Source: Candidatus Poribacteria bacterium (GTDB taxonomy: Bacteria; Poribacteria; WGA-4E; UBA9662). From it: a stretch of 22,334 nt of DNA. The position numbers and the translations under genes were made by a program. How positions within the stretch are numbered: position 1 is the stretch's first letter; every line of letters begins with the position of its first letter. Positions 1 through 8,214 of the stretch are shown here, in pieces. The stretch is from positions 1-22,334 of the forward strand of contig JAYZAL010000024.1 of NCBI GenBank assembly GCA_036339735.1, read 5' to 3'. The notes beneath the pieces are model-generated. The model ran no database searches. It had not been told where the DNA came from and was given only the letters and a program-made list of their open reading frames with translations.

Positions 1-714
1 ATTTATATCTATACTGAGTTTTGTTCTTATAAAGATGATATTGTTGGAACAGGAAATGTAGATCGTTATATGTATTGGTATCACTTTTTTAAAGGCCAAA
101 TTGAATTACTCAAACTAGCCATTTACAGGCAACTATATGTAGATGAAATAAATCAAACAGAAAATGCATATAGCATTATAAGTACATTTAGTAAATTGAT
201 GACACATGAAATTCAACGAGTTAGAAGTATCTCTGAACTTGGTGTCATTGCACAATTACAACAATCAACTCTTATCGACCGAATCAGAGCAAGTGAAGAA
301 CTGGGAATTTCTATCCCTATTAGTACAACCTATGAAGGTGAACATTATGTAAGAGCTATGCCGGAGGTAACTCAGATATATAAAGAAGGTAGCTTTGAGC
401 AAAAAGTAATATTTATTGGCAATGGGGTTGTTTCAAATTCAAAAATGTATTATAGAGCAATTGGATCTAACGTCCCGTTTATTAGTACTGATCTTTTAAA
501 CATTAATGGTAGCAATTATGTATATAAGGCGACATTAACCGACCCTGGATTCGATTTTGAATACTACATTGAGGGTACTTTAGAGGGAAATACTGTTACC
601 TACCCTGTGACAGGTGGTAATAACGCTAATAATATCAATAAAACCGTAATCAGAGTAACTGAGATCCCTTTTGTGCCCACAGAAATTCTTACTGAAAAAG
701 CTATTCAAAAATAA
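1..714 (+). CDS. 5'-truncated protein; C-terminus resembles an uncharacterised glycoside-hydrolase-like (malectin/alpha-glucuronidase-associated) family
   Basis: Frame is open from base 1 (IYIYTEFCSYKDDIVGTGNVDRYMYW...), so the ATG at 70 is internal. Motifs GxGNxxRxxYW, ELGxIAQLQQ, DFEYYIE and YPVT...NKTVI recall the C-terminus of large carbohydrate-active proteins. Family assignment is from memory. Confidence 0.55.
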   Translation: MYIYTEFCSYKDDIVGTGNVDRYMYWYHFFKGQIELLKLAIYRQLYVDEINQTENAYSIISTFSKLMTHEIQRVRSISELGVIAQLQQSTLIDRIRASEELGISIPISTTYEGEHYVRAMPEVTQIYKEGSFEQKVIFIGNGVVSNSKMYYRAIGSNVPFISTDLLNINGSNYVYKATLTDPGFDFEYYIEGTLEGNTVTYPVTGGNNANNINKTVIRVTEIPFVPTEILTEKAIQK

Positions 715-1098
715 CAATGTTGGAATTGTAATAGTGCTTATTGGGATCTTTGTTCTTGTAACGAAAAGACGGATAACCAAACAACTACCGAGTTCGGGTA
801 TCCAGAAGTACAAGCCAAAGCTAAGCATTCATTACGAGATGCAGCAGCGGATAAGGATTTGACCTAAAAAACATCCAATTTGGCTGCTGGTATTTTCTTC
901 ATCTCAATGGAGTGGTCGAATCAGCCATTAGGCTTGGTAAAGTCTCGATTTGGGTCAAAATCAAGTTTCAGCTTGACCACATTTGGTTAAAAGTGAGAAA
1001 AACCGGGTTTGCCCAACCGATTAATGGGTTTGAGAGAAATAAAAATCTTTCAGATCAGGCTAAATTGAGAGAACTGAATTCTTCTAGAGATTGTAACC

Positions 1099-2595
1099 TT
1101 AATTCTTTGAACTCAAGACACGTTTGGCATATTGGTCAATGCCTGCTGCGATGGCTTCTGCTATTTGGTTTTGGTAAGAAGTTTCGCTAAGCTTTATTGC
1201 TTCCACCGAATTAGAAACAAAACCAATCTCAACCAAAATAGCCGGTACTTTTGTGCCCGTTAGTACAACAAATGGAGCGTGTTTTACCCCTCTATTCTTA
1301 GCCATTGTTTTTTCGATCAGTTTCTGCTGTACCATTTCTGCTAATTGTCGGCTTTCTTGAGTTTTACTACCCTTCAGGATAGTGGAAATCAAGCTTTCCA
1401 ACTCCTTTATGTTCTGTTCCATTCCTTCATTTTCGCGTAGGGCAACCATTTTGGAAGTCTCATCAGAGCCAAGAGCGAGATAGTAGGTTTCAATACCCAT
1501 TGCTTCCTCTTTACTGCTAGCGTTAGCATGTAAACTAAGAAATAAGTCGGCTGACAACCGATTAGCCAATTCTGTTCTTTCTCTCAAGGACACAGTTTGA
1601 TCTGATTCGCGTGTCAAGTGGGTTTGGTAACCCAAAACTTCCAAGTGAGACTTCAACATGAGTGCAACTGTCAATACTATGGATTTCTCAGAGTTAAATA
1701 AACCAACAGCACCAGGGTCTCTACCACCATGTCCAACATCAATCACAACCGTTTTGACTCGTAAACCAAGTTGTTCAACCAAAGATGGTTTTTCTTGTAA
1801 ATCAGGCAAAAATGGTACTTTAACAACTGACGATTCTGGTTCAATCACAACATCTGGAGGTGCCAGTGCGACTTTTTCTTTGGACTCGAATGTTTTTAGC
1901 TTTTGACTGTGATTTGCTTCTTTCGTTGTTAAATCTAGTTGGTTTGCCAATTTCGTTTTGGTCGAATCAATCTCAATCAACGGTAAATCGACACGAGGTA
2001 CGGTCAGTTTCTTTCTACTTTCTTCAGCCAAAAAAAGGATCTCAGATTCTTTCAAAGATTCATACAATTGAAAGGCATTCGTCATATTTTCTTGCTGTAT
2101 ATATATATCAATCAAGTCTTTTTTTACAAATGGTACTAGTCTGTGGTCAGGGAATTTTTGCAAAACAGTTTGGTAGTGTTGGATAGCTGCTGTTGGTTGG
2201 TTATATTGATGCGCATAGTAGCCCAACAAACATTCGACCTCTATTCGACGGGGGGAATCTGGGTAAGTATTCCTATATTCCTGTAGAACTTTCGTTGCTT
2301 TAGTAATGGCTACCCTATTATTGTTTTGTTGGCCCATTGCTATCCAGCACATCGCAGTCGCCCAAAGGGACTCTTGTGAAAATTTATCACTTTGAGCCTC
2401 AGTAATTTTTTGCCATTGCTGGATTAAAATGTACCACTCACGCTCAGAAGTGTTATTGTTGAACAGCATCTGTTGGTACTTGATGGATAAATTGTTCATT
2501 TGATGTTTGGGGTCAAGCCGTGAGACACAACTCGTAAAACCAAAAATCATCACCAAAAATAACCAGAAGCAGGGAATACTAGGTATCTTTTTCAT
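1099..2595 (-). CDS. Lipoprotein N-acetylmuramoyl-L-alanine amidase (Amidase_3) with N-terminal TPR/BamD-like region
   Basis: Zn-ligand motifs IDVGHGGRDPGA, SEK, SLHANAS and AILVEIGF; lipobox-like FGFTSC after a hydrophobic stretch; TPR-like helices (LQEYRNTYPDSP, YQTVLQKFPDH). Confidence 0.92.
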   Translation of the reverse strand: MKKIPSIPCFWLFLVMIFGFTSCVSRLDPKHQMNNLSIKYQQMLFNNNTSEREWYILIQQWQKITEAQSDKFSQESLWATAMCWIAMGQQNNNRVAITKATKVLQEYRNTYPDSPRRIEVECLLGYYAHQYNQPTAAIQHYQTVLQKFPDHRLVPFVKKDLIDIYIQQENMTNAFQLYESLKESEILFLAEESRKKLTVPRVDLPLIEIDSTKTKLANQLDLTTKEANHSQKLKTFESKEKVALAPPDVVIEPESSVVKVPFLPDLQEKPSLVEQLGLRVKTVVIDVGHGGRDPGAVGLFNSEKSIVLTVALMLKSHLEVLGYQTHLTRESDQTVSLRERTELANRLSADLFLSLHANASSKEEAMGIETYYLALGSDETSKMVALRENEGMEQNIKELESLISTILKGSKTQESRQLAEMVQQKLIEKTMAKNRGVKHAPFVVLTGTKVPAILVEIGFVSNSVEAIKLSETSYQNQIAEAIAAGIDQYAKRVLSSKN

Positions 2596-2600
2596 TAAAT

Positions 2601-2628
2601 ATTGTAGCCAAAGGCTAGGTAGTGTGAA
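2601..2628 (-). promoter_or_regulatory. Putative sigma70 promoter of the amidase gene (possibly leaderless)
   Basis: Minus strand reads TTCACA-16 nt-TACAAT, then 5 nt to the ATG; no Shine-Dalgarno sequence. Confidence 0.4.
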
Positions 2629-3475
2629 CTAGTTGATGAATTGCATTAGTCAGAGCTACAAACTCAGAAATTGATAATGTTTCACCACGTCTATTGGAAT
2701 CAATCGACACTTTTTTCAATGCTAAGTCGAGGGTTTTCATGTCAATTTGAACGTTACTAGCCTTAACTGAGTTTCGCAACATCTTCCTTCTAGTATGAAA
2801 GCAACCTTTTACTACTTCTCGAAACAAAGATATATCAGAAACGCAAAACTGAGGTTGAATTTCAGATCGCGTTCTTAGCGATACTAAGCTTGAATTAACT
2901 TTAGGGGCTGGGAAAAACTGTTGTGGTTTTAATGTAAGTTCAATTTGACACTCTGTGTGTAGACCTGACCAAACAGTCAATGAACCATATGCTTTACTGC
3001 TTGGGCTAGCTGATAGACGAGCAGCGACTTCCTCCTGAACCATCAGAACCAGACTTTGTAGTTGTGAGTAACCTAACAATCGCCATAAAATTGGGCCCGA
3101 AATATTATAAGGCAAGTTAGCTACAACCTTGTTAATCCCACTAGATTGAATCAGCCCGTGTAAATCTAACTTTAAAACATCTCCATGAATCAAAACTAGA
3201 TTCTGAATTGTAGAAAATCGCCTCTTCAGCTCATTATACAAGTAAGAGTCAATCTCAATAGCTACTACTTGCTTGGCTTTCCCTAATAGTTCTTGCGTTA
3301 AAAAACCAAGACCTGGTCCAATTTCAAGAATAATATCGCTGGAAGACACGTTGGCGACATCAGAAATTTTAGGTGGTATATTTGCATCAATCAGGAAATT
3401 TTGCCCAAGTTTCTTTTTTGGTGAGCGTCCAGTGCGGTAGATGAAATTTAGAATTTCTTCCGTCAGGCTGCTCAT
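2615..3475 (-). CDS. rsmA: 16S rRNA m6,2A1518/1519 dimethyltransferase RsmA/KsgA
   Basis: KKKLGQNFL, ILEIGPGLG SAM-binding loop, VVANLPYNI, MVQEEVAARL, FFPAPKVNS, RRKMLRN. Confidence 0.97.
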   Translation of the reverse strand: MSSLTEEILNFIYRTGRSPKKKLGQNFLIDANIPPKISDVANVSSSDIILEIGPGLGFLTQELLGKAKQVVAIEIDSYLYNELKRRFSTIQNLVLIHGDVLKLDLHGLIQSSGINKVVANLPYNISGPILWRLLGYSQLQSLVLMVQEEVAARLSASPSSKAYGSLTVWSGLHTECQIELTLKPQQFFPAPKVNSSLVSLRTRSEIQPQFCVSDISLFREVVKGCFHTRRKMLRNSVKASNVQIDMKTLDLALKKVSIDSNRRGETLSISEFVALTNAIHQLVHTT

Positions 3476-3499
3476 AACTTATTCAGCAATTTCAATTGA

Positions 3500-4720
3500 C
3501 TAGAGTTTAGGTTTGATAAAATCAAAAATATTTTCTGCTACTTCCTTTTTGGACATCACAGGTAATTGGTAACTATTTTCTTTATCGATTAGTGTAACAA
3601 CGTTGGTTTCGATATCAAACCCTGCTTCTGGATCCGTTATGTCGTTAGCAACAACTAAATCACAATTTTTGGATTTTAATTTCAGTTTGGCATTCTCAGT
3701 CAGGTTTTCAGTTTCGGCGGCAAAAGTGATTAATATTTGTTCCTTCTTCTTTTTTTTCCCTAAATCTGCAGCAATATCAATAGTCGGTTGAAGCAACAAA
3801 GTGAGTTCGTTGACTGAGGATGATTTCTTAATTTTCTGATTAGATACGGTTTTAGCTTGATAGTCAGCAACAGCCGCAGCCATGATGATCACATCAACTG
3901 AATCCATTTTGGACATAACTGCTTGATATAACTCATTAGTCGTTTGGGTAAAAATTGGGCTAATACCAGTAGGAGCTTCAATCGAAACCGGTCCACTAAT
4001 TAGTGTTACTTCTGCCCCTCGTTGATGGGCTACTTCAGCAATCGCATAACCCATTTTTCCACTTGATCGATTAGTAATAAATCGAACAGGGTCTAGGTAC
4101 TCACGAGTGGGACCAGCTGTTACAAGTACTTTTTTCCCGGATAAATCAGTCCTACCAGTGGGTGGATTCTTCATAAGTACATCTTCAATAGCAGATAAAA
4201 TGACTTCTAACTCATTCAACCGGCCAACGCCTTCATAACCACAGGCCAACATACCAGAAGCTGGTTCCACCACTTTGAGGCCCTGTGGTTCTAGTTGCCG
4301 TTTTAACCTTTCCATATTAGCTCGCATCGCAGGATGTTGATACATGTGTCCATTCATTGCAGGTGCGACCAAAGTTGGACAATTAACAGAAATAGCAATA
4401 GTTGACAGAGCATCATCTGCTATTCCGTTTGCCATTTTTCCTATAATGTTTGCAGTTGCCGGTACAACCGCCAGTAGATCAGCTTGGTCGGAGAGGTCGA
4501 TATGATACGGCTTCCAATTATCGCTGAGATGAAAAAGGTCGACCAAAACTGGTTGTCGTGAAATAACTTGAAACTGTAGCGGTTGGACCATCTTGGTTGC
4601 GTTATTGGTCATTACCACATGAACGTTGGCATCTCTTTTCACTAACTGGCTGACCAAATCAAGGGACTTATGAATTGCCACACCACCTGTTACACCCAGA
4701 ATAATATTCTTTCCTCTCAT
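3500..4720 (-). CDS. coaBC: Bifunctional phosphopantothenoylcysteine decarboxylase/synthetase CoaBC
   Basis: GVTGGVA, PATANIIGK, PAMN, LACGYEGVGR, TAGPTREYLDPVRFITNRSSGKMG, AAVADY, FAAET. Confidence 0.97.
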   Translation of the reverse strand: MRGKNIILGVTGGVAIHKSLDLVSQLVKRDANVHVVMTNNATKMVQPLQFQVISRQPVLVDLFHLSDNWKPYHIDLSDQADLLAVVPATANIIGKMANGIADDALSTIAISVNCPTLVAPAMNGHMYQHPAMRANMERLKRQLEPQGLKVVEPASGMLACGYEGVGRLNELEVILSAIEDVLMKNPPTGRTDLSGKKVLVTAGPTREYLDPVRFITNRSSGKMGYAIAEVAHQRGAEVTLISGPVSIEAPTGISPIFTQTTNELYQAVMSKMDSVDVIIMAAAVADYQAKTVSNQKIKKSSSVNELTLLLQPTIDIAADLGKKKKKEQILITFAAETENLTENAKLKLKSKNCDLVVANDITDPEAGFDIETNVVTLIDKENSYQLPVMSKKEVAENIFDFIKPKL

Positions 4721-4721
4721 A

Positions 4722-5354
4722 CTAAGAAACCACGGACGGGATTTGTTGTTTAATAGATTGAACCAAATTTTCGTCGATTCTGAATCTATCCGCTTCTATT
4801 ATTTTTATTAACTGTTGAATCGCTATGGGTATTTGATCGTTGACTACACAATAATCGTAATATGTAACAAGATCAAACTCAGTTTTCGCTCTTTCTAGCC
4901 GTTGATGTAGTTCAAATTTTGTTTCAGTTTTTCTTTCTTCAAGTCGTTGTTGCAGAATTTGAACTGATGGTGGCAAAATGAAAATTAGCAAACACGAAAG
5001 ACCCAATTTTTTTAATTGAATAGCTCCATCAACGTCAATAGTCAAAACAATATCTTTGCCAACTCGTATGGTTGATTCAAGTATAGACCTTAGGGTGCCG
5101 TAGTAATTCTCTCCGTATTTGGTCCATTCTACTAAACCATTTGTTTCAATTAGCCGCTCGAATTCAGATTTAGGTAAAAAATGATAATCTACACCATCGG
5201 TTTCACCACTACGAGGTAACCGGGTAGTGGCCGAAACCGAACGAACGATACTTGACGAATGCTCTAGTAACGTCTCAACTAAAGTAGTTTTTCCAACACC
5301 GGAAGGACCAGAAATTACGATAATTCTTCCTTGTTTTTGAAGTTCTTCTATCAC
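4722..5354 (-). CDS. gmk: Guanylate kinase
   Basis: P-loop SGPSGVGKTT, SATTRLPRSGETDGVDYHF, NYYGT, FILPPS; GTG start with GGGGA upstream. Confidence 0.97.
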   Translation of the reverse strand: MIEELQKQGRIIVISGPSGVGKTTLVETLLEHSSSIVRSVSATTRLPRSGETDGVDYHFLPKSEFERLIETNGLVEWTKYGENYYGTLRSILESTIRVGKDIVLTIDVDGAIQLKKLGLSCLLIFILPPSVQILQQRLEERKTETKFELHQRLERAKTEFDLVTYYDYCVVNDQIPIAIQQLIKIIEADRFRIDENLVQSIKQQIPSVVS

Positions 5355-5380
5355 TTAGCATTTTCCCCATCGTGATTCTG

Positions 5381-5410
5381 ATTATAGCACGCTCCAAATT
5401 AGCAATTCAA
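5381..5410 (-). promoter_or_regulatory. Putative sigma70 extended -10 promoter of the gmk operon
   Basis: Minus strand reads TTGAAT-18 nt-TATAAT with TGn directly before the -10 (TGcTATAAT). Confidence 0.65.
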
Positions 5411-5417
5411 TCGCAGC

Positions 5418-5446
5418 TTGACCCTTCTATCCCCGAGTGCTATTAT
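5418..5446 (+). promoter_or_regulatory. Putative sigma70 extended -10 promoter of hemW (leaderless)
   Basis: TTGACC (5418-5423), 17 nt spacer, TATTAT (5441-5446) preceded by TGc; 6 nt to the ATG at 5453. Confidence 0.65.
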
Positions 5447-5452
5447 TGCTCA

Positions 5453-6613
5453 ATGCCTTCCTGCAATCCGAACGGTTCAATCACACCGAAGTCGCTCTAC
5501 ATCCATATACCATTTTGTGCTACCCGCTGTTACTATTGTGACTTTAACACTTATACTTTCGATAAAAAATTGTCCGAAAATTATTTAATTGCTATAGAGA
5601 AAGAAATGAAACTGTATTCAACAGATATGGCTAGGCGACCTGAGTTGGATACCGTCTTCATTGGTGGGGGAACTCCTTCGATCTTGTCTTCATACGATTT
5701 AGAGATACTATTTAATCTACTACACCAGTACTTTCAACTGACTGACGACACAGAACTAACAGTTGAATGCAACCCAGGAACAGTAGACAAACAAAAATTG
5801 ATGGTTATGAAATCATTTGGAGTTAATAGGTTGAGCTTCGGTGTCCAAGCTATGCAGGATGTAGTTTTGGAACGAATTGGTCGTATCCATACTGTTGGCT
5901 CAGTTTATGAAAGTTATGATCTGGCGAGGAAAATTGGTTTCGATAATATTAATTTAGACCTAATTTTTGCCCTGCCTGACCAAACCATGCAGCAGTGGCA
6001 AGAGTCAGTACAAAAAGTGATAAGACTCTCGCCTGAACATGTTTCATCCTATAACCTAACCTTGGAGCATGGCACCCCTTTTTACGATCAATGGAAACAA
6101 GGAAACTTGAAATTAGTTGACAACGAGCTGGAAGCGAAAATGTACCAATTATGCATTGATCACTTGGTTAGTGAAGGTTATCAACATTACGAAATTTCTA
6201 ACTTTGCCCAATCGGGACGGAAAGCCAAACACAATCTGGTCTACTGGTACAATGAAGCCTATTTTGGTTTAGGAGCTGGAGCGTGTGGATACATAAATGA
6301 GTATAGGTATACCAACATCAAAGGTATAAAGGAATACATACTAGCAGTCGATAGAGGTAAACCTATAGCCAATCAGGAACGGCTGAAGGAGCAACAGCGC
6401 AAAGCAGAAACGATCATGTTAGGTTTGCGAAAACTGGCAGGAATCGACCAAGATCAATACCAAAATCAGTTCGGTGAATCGATGCAAACTGAATTTGGTT
6501 CTGTTATTGAACGTTTTCAAAATCTGGGTTTGTTACATTGGTCAAATAATCGACTCCAACTGACAACTGAAGGGCTAATGATGGCTGACGCAGTATTTGT
6601 GGAATTTATCTGA
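5453..6613 (+). CDS. hemW: Radical SAM family heme chaperone HemW (HemN-like)
   Basis: LYIHIPFCATRCYYCDF (CxxxCxxC), FIGGGTPS, YEISNFA, HNLVYW. Start moved from GTG 5372 to ATG 5453 because 5372-5452 contains both divergent promoters. Confidence 0.92.
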   Translation: MPSCNPNGSITPKSLYIHIPFCATRCYYCDFNTYTFDKKLSENYLIAIEKEMKLYSTDMARRPELDTVFIGGGTPSILSSYDLEILFNLLHQYFQLTDDTELTVECNPGTVDKQKLMVMKSFGVNRLSFGVQAMQDVVLERIGRIHTVGSVYESYDLARKIGFDNINLDLIFALPDQTMQQWQESVQKVIRLSPEHVSSYNLTLEHGTPFYDQWKQGNLKLVDNELEAKMYQLCIDHLVSEGYQHYEISNFAQSGRKAKHNLVYWYNEAYFGLGAGACGYINEYRYTNIKGIKEYILAVDRGKPIANQERLKEQQRKAETIMLGLRKLAGIDQDQYQNQFGESMQTEFGSVIERFQNLGLLHWSNNRLQLTTEGLMMADAVFVEFI

Positions 6614-7998
6614 TGGGGCATGTCAATTTTGTTTTAGTTGCTGGTATTATTTTCGCTGGAGTCATCGAACCGAGACAATACGAAATAGCAATTAGCCTTT
6701 CTATAGTTAGTATTCTTTCGACCATGCTTATCCCTCCAATATTGGCCCACATTTATTGCAAAACGTTTCTTTCATTTTTGCCGAATGATCGCCAAAAGCG
6801 GATTCAAAGATCCTATGACATAAAAAAATCCTTGGTCGTTTTTGAAATACTCATATTAATAGGTTATGTACTGAATCTCTACTTTATGGGTTATCCTTAC
6901 AACTTGTTTGGCTCCAGTCTATTACTTTCCTTCCTAATTACCGAGATCGTAATTTCAATTTTGCCATTGTTGATGGGTATAATTCTGATTCGCATAGTAG
7001 CGTTTGAATTCGACCAACAGGCGCAAATTGGTATAAGAAATAGCACTCAACTGTCAAAAAATCGGAACGAGATGTTTAATCTTCAGACTAAGTTGCTGCT
7101 ACTGCCGTTAGTACCGATGTGTTTGTATTATGTTGTCCTTGACAGTATCGTTTTTATGCCAAAATCGGTTCATCTTTTTTTGGAAGCACACCCTTGGGTA
7201 TCTCTCTTCTTAATGGCTTCAACCATATTGGCTGTCTTTATCTACGCTCCCTTGCTACTTGGATTACTTTGGCCTACATATCCTCTTGAAAACGAGAAAT
7301 TAGCAAATCGACTCAGGGAATTCGCACGCCAAAATGGAATTAAATACGGAGGTATTGTTGTTTGGCGAACAGGTTCCTTAAAGATCGCTAATGCGGCTGT
7401 GGCCGGACTTCTGCCTAGGTCAAGAAAAATTTTTCTGACGGACACACTACTAGAGAATTTTTCTACAAGGGAAGTTGAAACAGTTGTGGCACACGAATTC
7501 GGTCACATTCACTATAAGCATATTTGGACCTACTTTGCTTTTTCACTAACTTATTTTTTTTCTTACCCTCTATTTTACATGGTGATTGGTGAACCAATTT
7601 TAAAATTGTTTGACCACTCACCATTTGCATTGGCTTTTTATACCATCGCATTCTTATTAATGTTTTTTGTTCTTATTTTCCCCTTTCTTTCTCGTCGTTT
7701 TGAACATCAAGCCGACTTGTATGCAATTAAAACTACTCAACAGCCAACATGGTTTAAGCAAGCCCTATGGCATTTGGGAGGAATTAATTTTGTTCCACCA
7801 TCTGCTAGATGGTTTGTGCGTCTTTTCTCTACACATCCGTCAATCGAGAATCGACTGGAATTTATTGACCGCGCTTGCTCTGACGATCCCTCAACACGTC
7901 GTTATGAGCGATATCTAATAGAAGCCAAAATCTTACTAGTCTTACTTCCCTTGTTGATATATCTAACTCGAATAATAAATTTAACTAGCATTTATTGA
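6613..7998 (+). CDS. Membrane-bound M48 (Ste24/HtpX-like) zinc metallopeptidase
   Basis: ANAAVAG, VVAHEFGH (HExxH), SRRFEHQADLYA, FSTHPSIENRL; several transmembrane segments; TGATG overlap with the hemW stop. Confidence 0.9.
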   Translation: MGHVNFVLVAGIIFAGVIEPRQYEIAISLSIVSILSTMLIPPILAHIYCKTFLSFLPNDRQKRIQRSYDIKKSLVVFEILILIGYVLNLYFMGYPYNLFGSSLLLSFLITEIVISILPLLMGIILIRIVAFEFDQQAQIGIRNSTQLSKNRNEMFNLQTKLLLLPLVPMCLYYVVLDSIVFMPKSVHLFLEAHPWVSLFLMASTILAVFIYAPLLLGLLWPTYPLENEKLANRLREFARQNGIKYGGIVVWRTGSLKIANAAVAGLLPRSRKIFLTDTLLENFSTREVETVVAHEFGHIHYKHIWTYFAFSLTYFFSYPLFYMVIGEPILKLFDHSPFALAFYTIAFLLMFFVLIFPFLSRRFEHQADLYAIKTTQQPTWFKQALWHLGGINFVPPSARWFVRLFSTHPSIENRLEFIDRACSDDPSTRRYERYLIEAKILLVLLPLLIYLTRIINLTSIY

Positions 7999-8112
7999 AG
8001 ATTTGACTCAACAACTAATCAAACAAAAAACAAGCAAAGCTAACTCGTCTTTTTATTCTTGTTTGCCGAATCTTTTTTGAAATTTTGCCTTCATATGGTA
8101 TGCTAATGAAGC

Positions 8113-8141
8113 AAAAAAACGTGAGATTTCGCGTTTTTTTT
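8113..8141. terminator. Putative bidirectional intrinsic terminator
   Basis: AAAAAAACGTGA-GATT-TCGCGTTTTTTTT: inverted repeat with one G-U pair, flanked by an A-run and a T-run; the GC part of the stem is short. Confidence 0.5.
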
Positions 8142-8214
8142 AGGCTGAGATTGGGTTTGCCAATTTTTTTACAACTTAGCCAACGATTAGTAGTTCTGGT
8201 CAAATGGAGCCAAC

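Noticed and set aside
770-1020. attC-like or terminator hairpins between the first gene and the amidase
   Set aside because: Stems are short and imperfect, there is no integrase, and no repeated copies exist.
912-1190. 92-aa ORF and the other short track ORFs nested in or antisense to long genes (e.g. 15228-15746, 1860-2186, 8015-8203, 20957-21169)
   Set aside because: Shadow or chance ORFs with no motifs or RBS, mostly overlapping confidently assigned genes.
5372-5452. 27-aa N-terminal extension of HemW from the ORF track
   Set aside because: It overlaps both predicted promoters and precedes the usual family start just before LYIHIPFC.
8120-8185. c-di-GMP-I riboswitch (GGCAAACC on the minus strand)
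   Set aside because: The GNRA loop and GACGCAAA element are not correctly placed, and the orientation points at no gene start.
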